A stretch of DNA of 64,000 bases, from NCBI GenBank assembly GCA_963422365.1, contig OY729426.1, positions 1,952,001-2,016,000 on the forward strand, given 5' to 3'. This document shows positions 55,506 to 64,000 of this stretch, one piece after another (the first letter of the stretch is position 1; each line of letters opens with the position of its first letter). Below the pieces are notes generated by a model. That model made no database searches. It was not told the origin of the DNA and was given only the letters and a program-made list of their open reading frames with translations. This stretch comes from Nitrospirales bacterium (GTDB taxonomy: Bacteria > Nitrospirota > Nitrospiria > Nitrospirales > UBA8639). Made by a program: the position numbers and the translations under genes.

Positions 55506-56717
55506 TTACAGCGGGTCTGAGGCTTCCTCTTTTCTCGAAATGGGCAAGGAGCGTTGAATGGAGATCACACTGCCGGTTGCAATCCCCGTCAGGACGACAA
55601 AGACCAGGAATCCGCTTGCATAGGTCCCTGTAAAATCCTTTAGCAGGCCAAACCAGAATGGGAGAAAGAATCCGCCGAGGCCACCGGCTGCTCCAATAAA
55701 TCCCGAAGCTGTTCCCATCATGTTCTGATAGCGTAGTGACGCCACCTGAAACACAACCCCATTGCCGAAGCCTAAGAGAAGAAGAGTTGTCACGGTTAAT
55801 GGAAAGGCCCATAAGGGCGGCGGCAACCATGCCAAGAGAAAGCACAACCCCCCGATAATGGGAAATCCCCCTTGGAGCAAGTTGAGGCCGCCAATCCGAT
55901 CGGCCCAATGGCCTCCCACCGGCCTTGCGATACTTCCTGCAAGCCCGCATAACGCCGTCATGGTCCCTGCCGTGATCATATCCAATCCATATTGATCATG
56001 AAAAAAAATCGGCAAAAAACTTGAAAATCCAACAAACCCTCCAAATGTCACTCCATAGAAGAAACACAACCTCTGCATGAATCGTTCCTGAAAGACCATG
56101 CGGAAAGAGGCTGTCAGGCTCTTCCTGCTTTGTGACGCATTTTGCAAAGGACGATCGTGGACAATCAGCGAAAACACCACGGCGGTGACCACGACAGGCA
56201 AGATCATCAAGCCAAACACCCCGTGCCATCCGACATGGGCTGCAATACGTGGGGCAAAAAAGGTTGCCAAGAGGACCCCGCTATTTCCAGTCGCGGCGAT
56301 TCCCATGGCCAGACCTTGACGCTGAGGCGGATACGCTCGACTCGCAACGGGAAGCGCAACGGCAAAACTTGCCCCTGCAGACCCAAGCAAAAGACTAATC
56401 CCAAGCATTTGGGCATAGCTTTGACCAAACAGCCATCCCAACAACAGGGCCACCACTTCCAGCCAGAGAATTCCGAGTCCTACCCGTTTCGCGCCGAACT
56501 GATCGGTGAAAGGCCCGACCACAATGCGTAACAGGGCCCCACCAAGTAAGGGAGTCGCGACCAACAACCCTTTCTGCGTGGCACTTAATGCGAAGTCCTG
56601 CGCAATGGCAACGCCCAATGCACCGATCAAAAGCCAGACGACAAAACTCACCTCAAAATGGAGCCAGCCGGCCAACAAAGAGGGCCAATGGCCACTTCTG
56701 AGCGCGTATGTTTTCAT
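55506..56717 (-). CDS. NarK/NasA-family MFS nitrate/nitrite transporter
   Basis: SGHWPSL, P.LGGALLR, GASFAVAL, G.AMGIA..GNSG, Y.VTFGGFVG, RPVGG.WADRIGG, GNG.VFQ, GGLGGF. Confidence 0.9.
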   Translation of the reverse strand: MKTYALRSGHWPSLLAGWLHFEVSFVVWLLIGALGVAIAQDFALSATQKGLLVATPLLGGALLRIVVGPFTDQFGAKRVGLGILWLEVVALLLGWLFGQSYAQMLGISLLLGSAGASFAVALPVASRAYPPQRQGLAMGIAATGNSGVLLATFFAPRIAAHVGWHGVFGLMILPVVVTAVVFSLIVHDRPLQNASQSRKSLTASFRMVFQERFMQRLCFFYGVTFGGFVGFSSFLPIFFHDQYGLDMITAGTMTALCGLAGSIARPVGGHWADRIGGLNLLQGGFPIIGGLCFLLAWLPPPLWAFPLTVTTLLLLGFGNGVVFQVASLRYQNMMGTASGFIGAAGGLGGFFLPFWFGLLKDFTGTYASGFLVFVVLTGIATGSVISIQRSLPISRKEEASDPL

Positions 56718-57123
56718 AGACAAACGCGAATCAAAAAATTGCAGGAAGTCAAGGAAGTAAGACTGTCAAGAGCCTTTTTGAATGATGAAATGAGTCTGAC
56801 AGAGCCCGTATCATACGGTATCATACGCAGTATAAAAACGATTATGAAAACGCAAAGATTATCCTACGGGCTTTCATCTCATAACTGAGGAGAAACGCAA
56901 ACACTGTCCAGAACATAGACGACTGGAGAGTGGAAATGATTTCAAAAATACTGAATGCTACCGCTTAGCTGGAAAAACAAGGGGACTCTGGCCAACGACA
57001 AGAAGCACATCGGCAATTGCTTGGAATCATTGTTGGCCGAATTATGAACGAGAGAAGAAATTGGCGCGAAGCCGAACCAAACAAATTTCGTTTTCGGTCA
57101 AACGCGGGGACGAGTATGGTTTT

Positions 57124-57627
57124 TTAGTTCGGCACTTCGATGTCAATATTTGTTGCTACAACGGCATGTCCTTGTGTTCCTTCTCCAAGAGTTGCTTCCC
57201 CACCTTTGTTTATCAGTGCTAAAGGACAAAGAACAACCCCAACAACGACAGTACCAGTAGTCTCGTCTTCGCCCACATACGTTTTGCTTCCTTGCAACAA
57301 TACTCTTTGTCCATCAACGGCGGTTGTGTTGACGAAATATATGGACAGTTTTCCCGCTCGCCCACCCATACGCGGTTCTTCAGCAAATGAGACAGTGGCT
57401 GTGACCAGCGTGTTGCTTTCAATAACCGTTTTGTCATCAACGACGACATCTGCGCCTACTCTGCACGGGAGAAAGTCTCCAGTATGGAGATCTCCGTAAG
57501 AAAGAGTTTGATTGAGAAGGACAGGAACGAATGTGCCAGCATTCAATTTAACCGTCTCTGCAAAAACAGGGCAAGACAGGAATTGAAAACAGATTATGAC
57601 CAACAAAATAGATCTTTTGTTTTGCAT
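57124..57627 (-). CDS. exported hypothetical protein, TrbI/VirB10-like beta domain with a hydrophobic hairpin
   Basis: Signal peptide ..PVFA; pattern L..GT...V.L...LS, DVVVD...I, G.AGKL, AVDGQ. Confidence 0.65.
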   Translation of the reverse strand: MQNKRSILLVIICFQFLSCPVFAETVKLNAGTFVPVLLNQTLSYGDLHTGDFLPCRVGADVVVDDKTVIESNTLVTATVSFAEEPRMGGRAGKLSIYFVNTTAVDGQRVLLQGSKTYVGEDETTGTVVVGVVLCPLALINKGGEATLGEGTQGHAVVATNIDIEVPN

Positions 57628-58106
57628 CGACCACCTGCAATAGTAAAAATTATTGCCGTTAATGAAGCAAGGGCCAGACCTGTCCCAACCCCTCCCATCA
57701 GGCCGCTGAGGAACCGCATTGGATTTTGGTCGCCTAATTCGATTAACGCTTCAATTATTGCGAGAATCAGGAATGTTGTTCCTAATGAGTAAAACGTCAA
57801 GTTTGTAATAGTGGAATGACTTTTTCTTTGAAAATAATAAACAAACGTTGTTCCAAGGATGATACCCAAATAACCTCCGCAACATCGAGCGCATAGACCA
57901 GTCGGATGCCCAAAAATAAAAAACACCTTGTAGAAATTCTGATGGCAAATATTAGCCAGAAAATTGTAGTACGGTTCTCCTGCCGGAAATGACAGACTGT
58001 TTAAAATTGGAGCGAGCACCGCAGACGTCAACAGCCCCACGCTGGCGGCTGCTACAGAAACAACCAACAGATTGCCCACGAGTTTTTGATAGTAAACAGC
58101 TTGCAT
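57594..58106 (-). CDS. DUF2085-like membrane protein
   Basis: ICHQ and CARC.G.Y.G motifs, N.MRFLSG..GG; 4 TM. The start is uncertain (58106-58166). Confidence 0.8.
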   Translation of the reverse strand: MQAVYYQKLVGNLLVVSVAAASVGLLTSAVLAPILNSLSFPAGEPYYNFLANICHQNFYKVFFIFGHPTGLCARCCGGYLGIILGTTFVYYFQRKSHSTITNLTFYSLGTTFLILAIIEALIELGDQNPMRFLSGLMGGVGTGLALASLTAIIFTIAGGRCKTKDLFCWS

Positions 58107-58500
58107 CTTACAGGATGGACTTTTCGTCAATGACATTGACAAACATCTCATTAAACGTCCGTTCACATATTGCCAGAGGCAATGATCTATAATGAACTTA
58201 GAACTCTGTCAAGCGGAAGATCCCTCTAGGCTCCTTTGTTCCCCTTTGGGCTGAGTTGATTCAATTTCTATTCTGGTTCGTTCTATGACGTTCCTGCCAG
58301 TTGTTTCTCTGAAAACCTTCCCCTTTCATGAGCGTTTTCTTATTGGAAACCGTCTGGCACTGAAACGAGACTTTTTTGTGATTCTCCAGGAGAGTGTTTA
58401 TAATTCTGGAACGTAGAAGTATCTTTATATGACCCTGCCGAGCATTCTTTATCTTTTTCGTTGATTTTTCAGAGTCTCGAAAAAAAACTGAGTTGTTTAG

Positions 58501-59547
58501 ATGAAAAACCTGAAACCTTCTCAGCAACAGGACCAGCCTCAGCTTGACGAGCAGGATTTTTCTTCGCCCGAGCAGGATCTCCCTCCACCTATCGACGCTG
58601 AATTTTCATTTGACCCTGAGGAGGAGAACGATCTCCCTCTCGATGTTGCGAAATCTGTGAGTGATTCTCCGTCCGAGCAAGCCGAGTCAACGGATCTTGT
58701 TCCCACCACGGCGCTGGGACGCTACCTCGTTGAAGTCCGTCGATACCCTTTTTTATCCAAGGAAGAAGAATTACATCTCTTTCACGAATATCGGGTAACA
58801 GGCAGTCGAGAGGCAGCTGTCAAGCTGATTTTAGCCAATCTCCGCATATCGGTGGCCATCGCTTCAGAATATGCTCATACCGGTGCCGATCAGATGGACC
58901 TCATTCAGGAAGGGAACGTTGGGTTGATGCAAGCCATGAAAAAATTCGACGTCTCCCGCAATGTACGTTTCTATGCGTATGCTGCTTGGTGGGTCAGAGC
59001 GCATATCCTCCGGTATTTGTTACAGTCCCATCGATTAGTGAAAATCGGGACGACACAAGAGCAACGAAAACTTTTTTATAACTTAAAGAAGGAAAAAGCC
59101 AAACTTGAACAACAGGGGTTCGTGCCGGATGCCAAACTTCTTGCTGATCGGCTTCAAGTGCGAGAACGGGACATTCTGGAAATGGACCAGCGGTTGAGCG
59201 GATGGGAATTCTCCCTTGACCAACCTATTAGCAGACACAAAGATGAAGGCACGTTTCTTGAGTTGCTCCCCGCCCCAATACTCCGAATCGACGAGGCCGT
59301 CGCCCAAAAGGAATTGAAGCTTTTATTTCGGAAAAAGCTTGGGGAATTTTCAAAGACCCTGAATGAGCGAGACGAGGATATCCTGCGAAACCGACTTCTT
59401 TCGGAAACGCCATTGACTCTTGAAGAAATCGGTCGAAAGTATTCCATTACGAAGGAACGATCAAGGCAATTAGAAGCTAGAATAATCAAGAGGTTACGTG
59501 ACTTTCTGAAAACAGAATTAAAGGATTTTGAAGCATTAGGGAACTAA
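58501..59547 (+). CDS. rpoH: RNA polymerase sigma factor, RpoH/sigma32 type
   Basis: DLIQEGNVGLMQA, YAAWWVRA, RpoH-box-like TTQEQRKLFYNLK, TLEEIG..ERSRQLE. Confidence 0.9.
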   Translation: MKNLKPSQQQDQPQLDEQDFSSPEQDLPPPIDAEFSFDPEEENDLPLDVAKSVSDSPSEQAESTDLVPTTALGRYLVEVRRYPFLSKEEELHLFHEYRVTGSREAAVKLILANLRISVAIASEYAHTGADQMDLIQEGNVGLMQAMKKFDVSRNVRFYAYAAWWVRAHILRYLLQSHRLVKIGTTQEQRKLFYNLKKEKAKLEQQGFVPDAKLLADRLQVRERDILEMDQRLSGWEFSLDQPISRHKDEGTFLELLPAPILRIDEAVAQKELKLLFRKKLGEFSKTLNERDEDILRNRLLSETPLTLEEIGRKYSITKERSRQLEARIIKRLRDFLKTELKDFEALGN

Positions 59548-59739
59548 TTCCAAGAAACCCCTCCGATCCTGCAGACTATCCACATTTTTTCATCTTTGGA
59601 TCTTGACTTTCATAAAACAGGCCTTACCTGTTGATCTAGCTATTGCATGAGATCTTCGAATCTCAGCATGTTCAAACAATATCGTCCATTCACTACACAT
59701 CAAGAGCCGATACTTTTAACCAAAGGAGGAAGTTGTCAC

Positions 59740-60054
59740 ATGGCCACACAAACAAAGGAAAAAGACGAAACCACGGGAACAGCAGCCAAAGGATTTTTGC
59801 CCCTAGGCGACCGAGTCTTTGTGACGTACACAGAAGAACTCGAACGCACGGCTGGAGGCATTTATGTACCTGACTCCGCACGAGAAAAACCCCAACGGGG
59901 AACGATTGAAGGGGTCGGAAGAGACGTCAAAACCTTAAAGGTCGGCGATCAAGTCCTGTTTGATAAGTATTCTGGAACCAAAATCCGAATTGAAAACGAT
60001 GATTGTTTGATTCTGAAAGAAGAAGACATCTTAGGAATCTTTGTTGATTCCTAA
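59740..60054 (+). CDS. groES: co-chaperonin GroES
   Basis: PLGDRV, TAGGIYVPDSAREKPQ, LKEEDILG; AAGGAGG RBS. Confidence 0.97.
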   Translation: MATQTKEKDETTGTAAKGFLPLGDRVFVTYTEELERTAGGIYVPDSAREKPQRGTIEGVGRDVKTLKVGDQVLFDKYSGTKIRIENDDCLILKEEDILGIFVDS

Positions 60055-60116
60055 ACAATTTGACCAATACCGAAGAACAAAATTTAAGTGATACTTTAAT
60101 TTAATGGAGGAAGATT

Positions 60117-61760
60117 ATGGCGAAGCAGCTACTGTATAGTGATCAAGGTAGGAGTGCGATTCTCCAGGGCGTGAATCAATTGGCTAATGCCGTGAAGGCC
60201 ACTTTGGGACCAAAGGGTCGGAACGCCATTTTAGATAAGAAGTTTGGCGCACCTACGATTACCAAAGACGGAGTGACCGTTGCGAAAGAGATTGAACTCA
60301 AAGATCCCTATCAAAACATGGGGGCCCAATTGGTTCGAGAAGTGGCCAGTAAAACTAGTGACGTGGCTGGTGACGGGACCACGACCGCCACGGTTTTAGC
60401 ACAAGCTATTTTCCGCGAAGGGGTGAAACACCTCAGCGCCGGTGCGAATCCTATGGAATTGAAGCGTGGCATTGATAAAGCCGTTGAAGTGGCCACTGCG
60501 GAGTTGAAGAACCTCAGCAAGCCCTGTCAAGACAAGAAAGAAATTGGGCAAATCGGCTCCATTTCCGCTAACAATGACCCCACCATTGGTGACCTGATTG
60601 CTGAAGCCATGGATAAAGTCGGGAAAGACGGCGTCATTACCGTTGAAGAAGCCAAGTCCATGAGCACCTCACTGGACGTGGTCGAAGGCATGCAATTTGA
60701 CCGCGGGTACATTTCTCCCTATTTCGTGACCAATGCGGAACGCATGGAGTCTGCTCTCGAAGATGCGTTCCTGCTCATCCACGAAAAGAAAATCAGTGCC
60801 ATGAAAGACTTACTCCCCATCTTGGAGCAAGTAGCCAAAATGGGGAAACCGTTAGTCATTGTGGCTGAAGATGTTGAGGGTGAAGCGTTGGCGACCTTGG
60901 TCGTAAATAAGCTTCGCGGCACGTTGAATATCGCGGCGGTCAAAGCCCCGGGATTCGGGGATCGTCGGAAAGCCATGCTGGAAGACATTGCCATTCTGAC
61001 AGGCGGCCAAGTTATTTCCGAGGAAGTGGGCGTGAAATTGGAGAACGTGAAACTCACGGATCTTGGTCGTGCCAAGAGAGTGACCATCGACAAAGATAAT
61101 ACCACGGTGGTGGAAGGTGCTGGAGATCCCAAGAAGATTGAAGGCCGAGTGAAGCAAATCAAGGCACAACTCGAGGAAACCACCTCAGATTACGACCGTG
61201 AAAAACTTCAAGAGCGGTTAGCAAAAATCGTAGGCGGTGTGGCGGTCATTAACGTCGGGGCTGCAACGGAAACCGAAATGAAGGAAAAGAAAGCCCGCGT
61301 TGAAGACGCTCTGCATGCGACGAAAGCTGCGGTTGAAGAGGGGATTGTCCCTGGCGGTGGAGTCGCGCTTCTTCGGGCCGTTCCCGCCTTGGAAAAAATG
61401 CAATTAGAGGGTGATCAACAATTTGGTGTCAATATTGTTCGGCGGGCGTGCGAAGAGCCGATCCGGTTGATTGCAGAAAATGCCGGAGTCGAAGGCTCGA
61501 TCATCGTCGACAAAGTACGCACTGCTAAGCCAACCCATGGGTACAATGCCGCCACTGACGAATACGTCAATATGGTTGAGGCTGGCGTCATCGACCCAAC
61601 CAAAGTCACGCGTTGTGCATTACAAAATGCATCAAGCGTTGCCGGGCTCATGTTGACCACTGAGGTGATCGTGACCGATTTGCCGGAGGAAAAGAAAGAG
61701 CCTGCCGGCGGCATGGGCGGCCATGACCACGGTATGGGCGGCATGGGCGGTATGATGTAA
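60117..61760 (+). CDS. groEL: chaperonin GroEL
   Basis: [28 protein letters not shown] tail. Confidence 0.99.
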   Translation: MAKQLLYSDQGRSAILQGVNQLANAVKATLGPKGRNAILDKKFGAPTITKDGVTVAKEIELKDPYQNMGAQLVREVASKTSDVAGDGTTTATVLAQAIFREGVKHLSAGANPMELKRGIDKAVEVATAELKNLSKPCQDKKEIGQIGSISANNDPTIGDLIAEAMDKVGKDGVITVEEAKSMSTSLDVVEGMQFDRGYISPYFVTNAERMESALEDAFLLIHEKKISAMKDLLPILEQVAKMGKPLVIVAEDVEGEALATLVVNKLRGTLNIAAVKAPGFGDRRKAMLEDIAILTGGQVISEEVGVKLENVKLTDLGRAKRVTIDKDNTTVVEGAGDPKKIEGRVKQIKAQLEETTSDYDREKLQERLAKIVGGVAVINVGAATETEMKEKKARVEDALHATKAAVEEGIVPGGGVALLRAVPALEKMQLEGDQQFGVNIVRRACEEPIRLIAENAGVEGSIIVDKVRTAKPTHGYNAATDEYVNMVEAGVIDPTKVTRCALQNASSVAGLMLTTEVIVTDLPEEKKEPAGGMGGHDHGMGGMGGMM

Positions 61761-61788
61761 CAACGCTCAAAGCGTTGTCTGTTCGTAT

Positions 61789-61829
61789 CGAAGGCCCGGG
61801 GAAATTTTCTCGGGCCTTCGTTTTTTTTT
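61789..61829 (+). terminator. rho-independent terminator after groEL
   Basis: CGAAGGCCCG...CGGGCCTTCG stem followed by 9 T. Confidence 0.9.
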
Positions 61830-62118
61830 GAGCCACATTCGTCTCTTGCACTATCCTTTTGTCGGCCTGATCAACGCGAAGGGTCTCATAGGGCCGAGGT
61901 CACGCTCGGAGCAAGGGTATGCCTTATCGCACCTCTTCTGGGCTGCATGAGACGCGGCCTACGAGATTCTTTCGCCTACGGCTCAGAATGGCACAGACAA
62001 GGCAATGACAGAACATTGGAAAAGGCTTGCTCTCGCTCCCTGAAGAGTTCTATAGTTCTCTGGTAAAGAACTCTCCCGCTGCTTCTGAAATGAGAAGATT
62101 CGAAAGAGGACTCGGATT

Positions 62119-62511
62119 ATGAAACACTTGGTACTGGCCGTCTTGGTGATATCTATGTTAAGCGGAATTTTATTCATGGATGGCTTGGCGGCCAATGCAG
62201 AACCTCGGACGGAATCGATTTGCAACATGGGCATGGTCAAGGGAGAGCAAGGTCGCACGTGTGAAGTGCCGATACCTTCAGGATGCCAAGTCGCAAACCT
62301 TCCTGGTTTTGACGCCCCGTGGATTGACGTCTCCAAAGGCGGCAAGACAAGCTGTGCAATTGATCAGGAAAAGACAGACTGGAAAACCAAGATTGTCGGT
62401 TCCTGTGGTCCTTGCGGCACTGATAATTGTTCGGCCCGCTTTAGCGTGATGTTGACGTGTGGAGACAGTCCTTCTGCGACCATTCAACCGAGAAAAATCT
62501 ATAAAGATTAA
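62119..62511 (+). CDS. secreted cysteine-rich hypothetical protein
   Basis: GAGGA RBS, signal peptide ending ANA, 8 Cys in the mature part. Confidence 0.8.
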   Translation: MKHLVLAVLVISMLSGILFMDGLAANAEPRTESICNMGMVKGEQGRTCEVPIPSGCQVANLPGFDAPWIDVSKGGKTSCAIDQEKTDWKTKIVGSCGPCGTDNCSARFSVMLTCGDSPSATIQPRKIYKD

Positions 62512-62549
62512 TCGGAGACGATCGAGGGTTTTCACTCCGCTTCCACCTT

Positions 62550-63569
62550 ATGTCTTCGACAACAAATCTTCTGAGACAAGCTGCACTCGAACGGGGTTTT
62601 CATGCGGTGGGCATTGCCCGCGTCTCATCGTCGACCACGGACCAAGATTCCTCTCCGACGAATCCTTCCTGCAAAGACCTTTTCGATCGCTTACAGAATT
62701 GGTTATTCCAAGGCTACCATGGCACGATGGAGTGGATAGGACGAAATCCTGAACGGCGTTCCGATCCCTCTCAGGTGTTGCAGAATTGCCGTTCGATTAT
62801 TTCCCTCGGCATCAATTACTGGACTGATATTGTTCCGGATGAACAACAGGGAAATGGGCGGATTGCCCGGTATGCCTGGGGTAAAGATTACCATCGTGTG
62901 TTCAAGAAAAAACTCAAGGCATTCGAACTCGTACTCAAGTCGCTTGAGCCGAATTGTCACACACGCAGTTATGTCGATACGGGCCCGGTGATGGAAAAAT
63001 TCTGGGCTCAGCAAGCTGGCGTAGGATGGATAGGCAAGCATTCCAATCTTGTTTCCCCTACCTTTGGGTCATGGCTTCTTCTCGGAGAAATTTTGACAAC
63101 CGCGGAGTTGGAAGCTGACGAACCGGGAGCCGACCTCTGTGGGACTTGCACCTTGTGTCTCCAAGCCTGTCCGACCGGAGCCATAGTCGAACCCTATGTC
63201 GTCGATGCCACAAAATGCATTTCGTATCTCACCATCGAGTATCGTGAAGACAGACATTCGTTGGCACAAGACCTACAAACCCACATGGGAAATCGCATCT
63301 TTGGCTGTGATGATTGTTTAGACGTGTGTCCGTATAATGCCTTTGCTTCGGCCACGGACGAACCGACCTTCTATCCTACCGGTCCGACACAGAGCCCAAA
63401 CTTATCTCGACTCTCGGCATTGAACGAGGAGGAATTTACCCGAACCTTTGCGACCTCCCCTATTCGACGCGCGAAGTTTTCAGGATTTCAGCGTAACGTC
63501 GCCATCGCCTTAACGAATGAACCTCCACATCGAGGTTCATCACCCGCTACGTCAACTCCGCCACGGTAA
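62550..63569 (+). CDS. queG: epoxyqueuosine reductase
   Basis: IARYAWGKDYH, VDTGPVMEK, CGTCTLCLQACPT, CISYLTIE, FGCDDCLDVCP. Confidence 0.96.
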   Translation: MSSTTNLLRQAALERGFHAVGIARVSSSTTDQDSSPTNPSCKDLFDRLQNWLFQGYHGTMEWIGRNPERRSDPSQVLQNCRSIISLGINYWTDIVPDEQQGNGRIARYAWGKDYHRVFKKKLKAFELVLKSLEPNCHTRSYVDTGPVMEKFWAQQAGVGWIGKHSNLVSPTFGSWLLLGEILTTAELEADEPGADLCGTCTLCLQACPTGAIVEPYVVDATKCISYLTIEYREDRHSLAQDLQTHMGNRIFGCDDCLDVCPYNAFASATDEPTFYPTGPTQSPNLSRLSALNEEEFTRTFATSPIRRAKFSGFQRNVAIALTNEPPHRGSSPATSTPPR

Positions 63570-64000
63570 CGCCATCTCCGCCTTCCTCCCGCATTCCCGG
63601 TCGAAACACTGATACATAGGCCGACTGCGCAAGAAAGTGTCGAATCGCGGCCTTGAGCTTTCCTGTCCCATGCCCATGAATAATTCGGACGGACTTGGAG
63701 TTGTGTAGCAAAGCCTGATCTAATTGAGTTATCAATTGTTCAAGGGCTTCTTCCGCCGTTTTTCCACGTAGATCAATCCTAGCGAAACCCGACATCGTTG
63801 ATCCCTGTTGCACGTCTTCGTCGGACAATGATGGCAGGCTCGGGTTCGACTCGCGCAGTGAGATTTTCTCAGGATGCGAGAACCTATCCAGCATGCCTTC
63901 CTCTTTTCTGAGCCCAACAAGTCGCTCGGTGTGAACGGACATTTCAGCTGCACCGACTTGCACACGAACGTGTTTCTTACCCTGAGGCTTTTCAAGGAGC
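63547..64000 (-). CDS. mutS2: MutS2 C-terminal KOW + Smr region (continues beyond the window)
   Basis: IDLRG..EEAL, IIHGHGTGKL, EGGDGVT. Confidence 0.85.
   Translation of the reverse strand, partial: LLEKPQGKKHVRVQVGAAEMSVHTERLVGLRKEEGMLDRFSHPEKISLRESNPSLPSLSDEDVQQGSTMSGFARIDLRGKTAEEALEQLITQLDQALLHNSKSVRIIHGHGTGKLKAAIRHFLAQSAYVSVFRPGMREEGGDGVTVAELT

Noticed and set aside
59548..59739. CIRCE element before groES
   Set aside because: No TTAGCACTC-N9-GAGTGCTAA match was found.

Overview
Bacterial chromosomal segment with about 50% GC by eye. Gene content and order suggest the phylum Nitrospirota, probably Nitrospirales; this is inference, not a database result. Most of the window is housekeeping: purF (3' end), an EF-G paralogue, degP, plsY-pgsA-kdsA-pyrG-kdsB-rfaE1-lepB-lepA, bioA, a PyrR-attenuated pyrR-pyrB-pyrC-carA-carB-greA cluster, proA, tRNA-Phe, purB-purS-purQ, ribBA-ribH-nusB, a NarK-type transporter, rpoH-groES-groEL, queG and the mutS2 3' end. 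Small accessory patches sit between these genes and are mostly decayed: Type III R-M mod and res, a KAP NTPase, a PD-(D/E)xK-like nuclease, a DUF1640-like gene, an S8 peptidase and a MazEF-like TA pair. Two accessory modules are intact and stand out. (1) A PHP-domain + ABC-ATPase gene (Ppl-like) and a Schlafen/AlbA_2-domain gene sit tightly between the dead mod and res genes. (2) A two-gene surface-polymer locus encodes a YidC-like domain fused to an LtaS/sulfatase-like domain, with a 16-C slippage tract just before the catalytic domain, followed by a TagF-like glycerophosphotransferase. A family of short REP-like intergenic palindromes, some in inverted doublets, is dispersed through the window. 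No CRISPR array, rRNA, integrase or transposase was seen.
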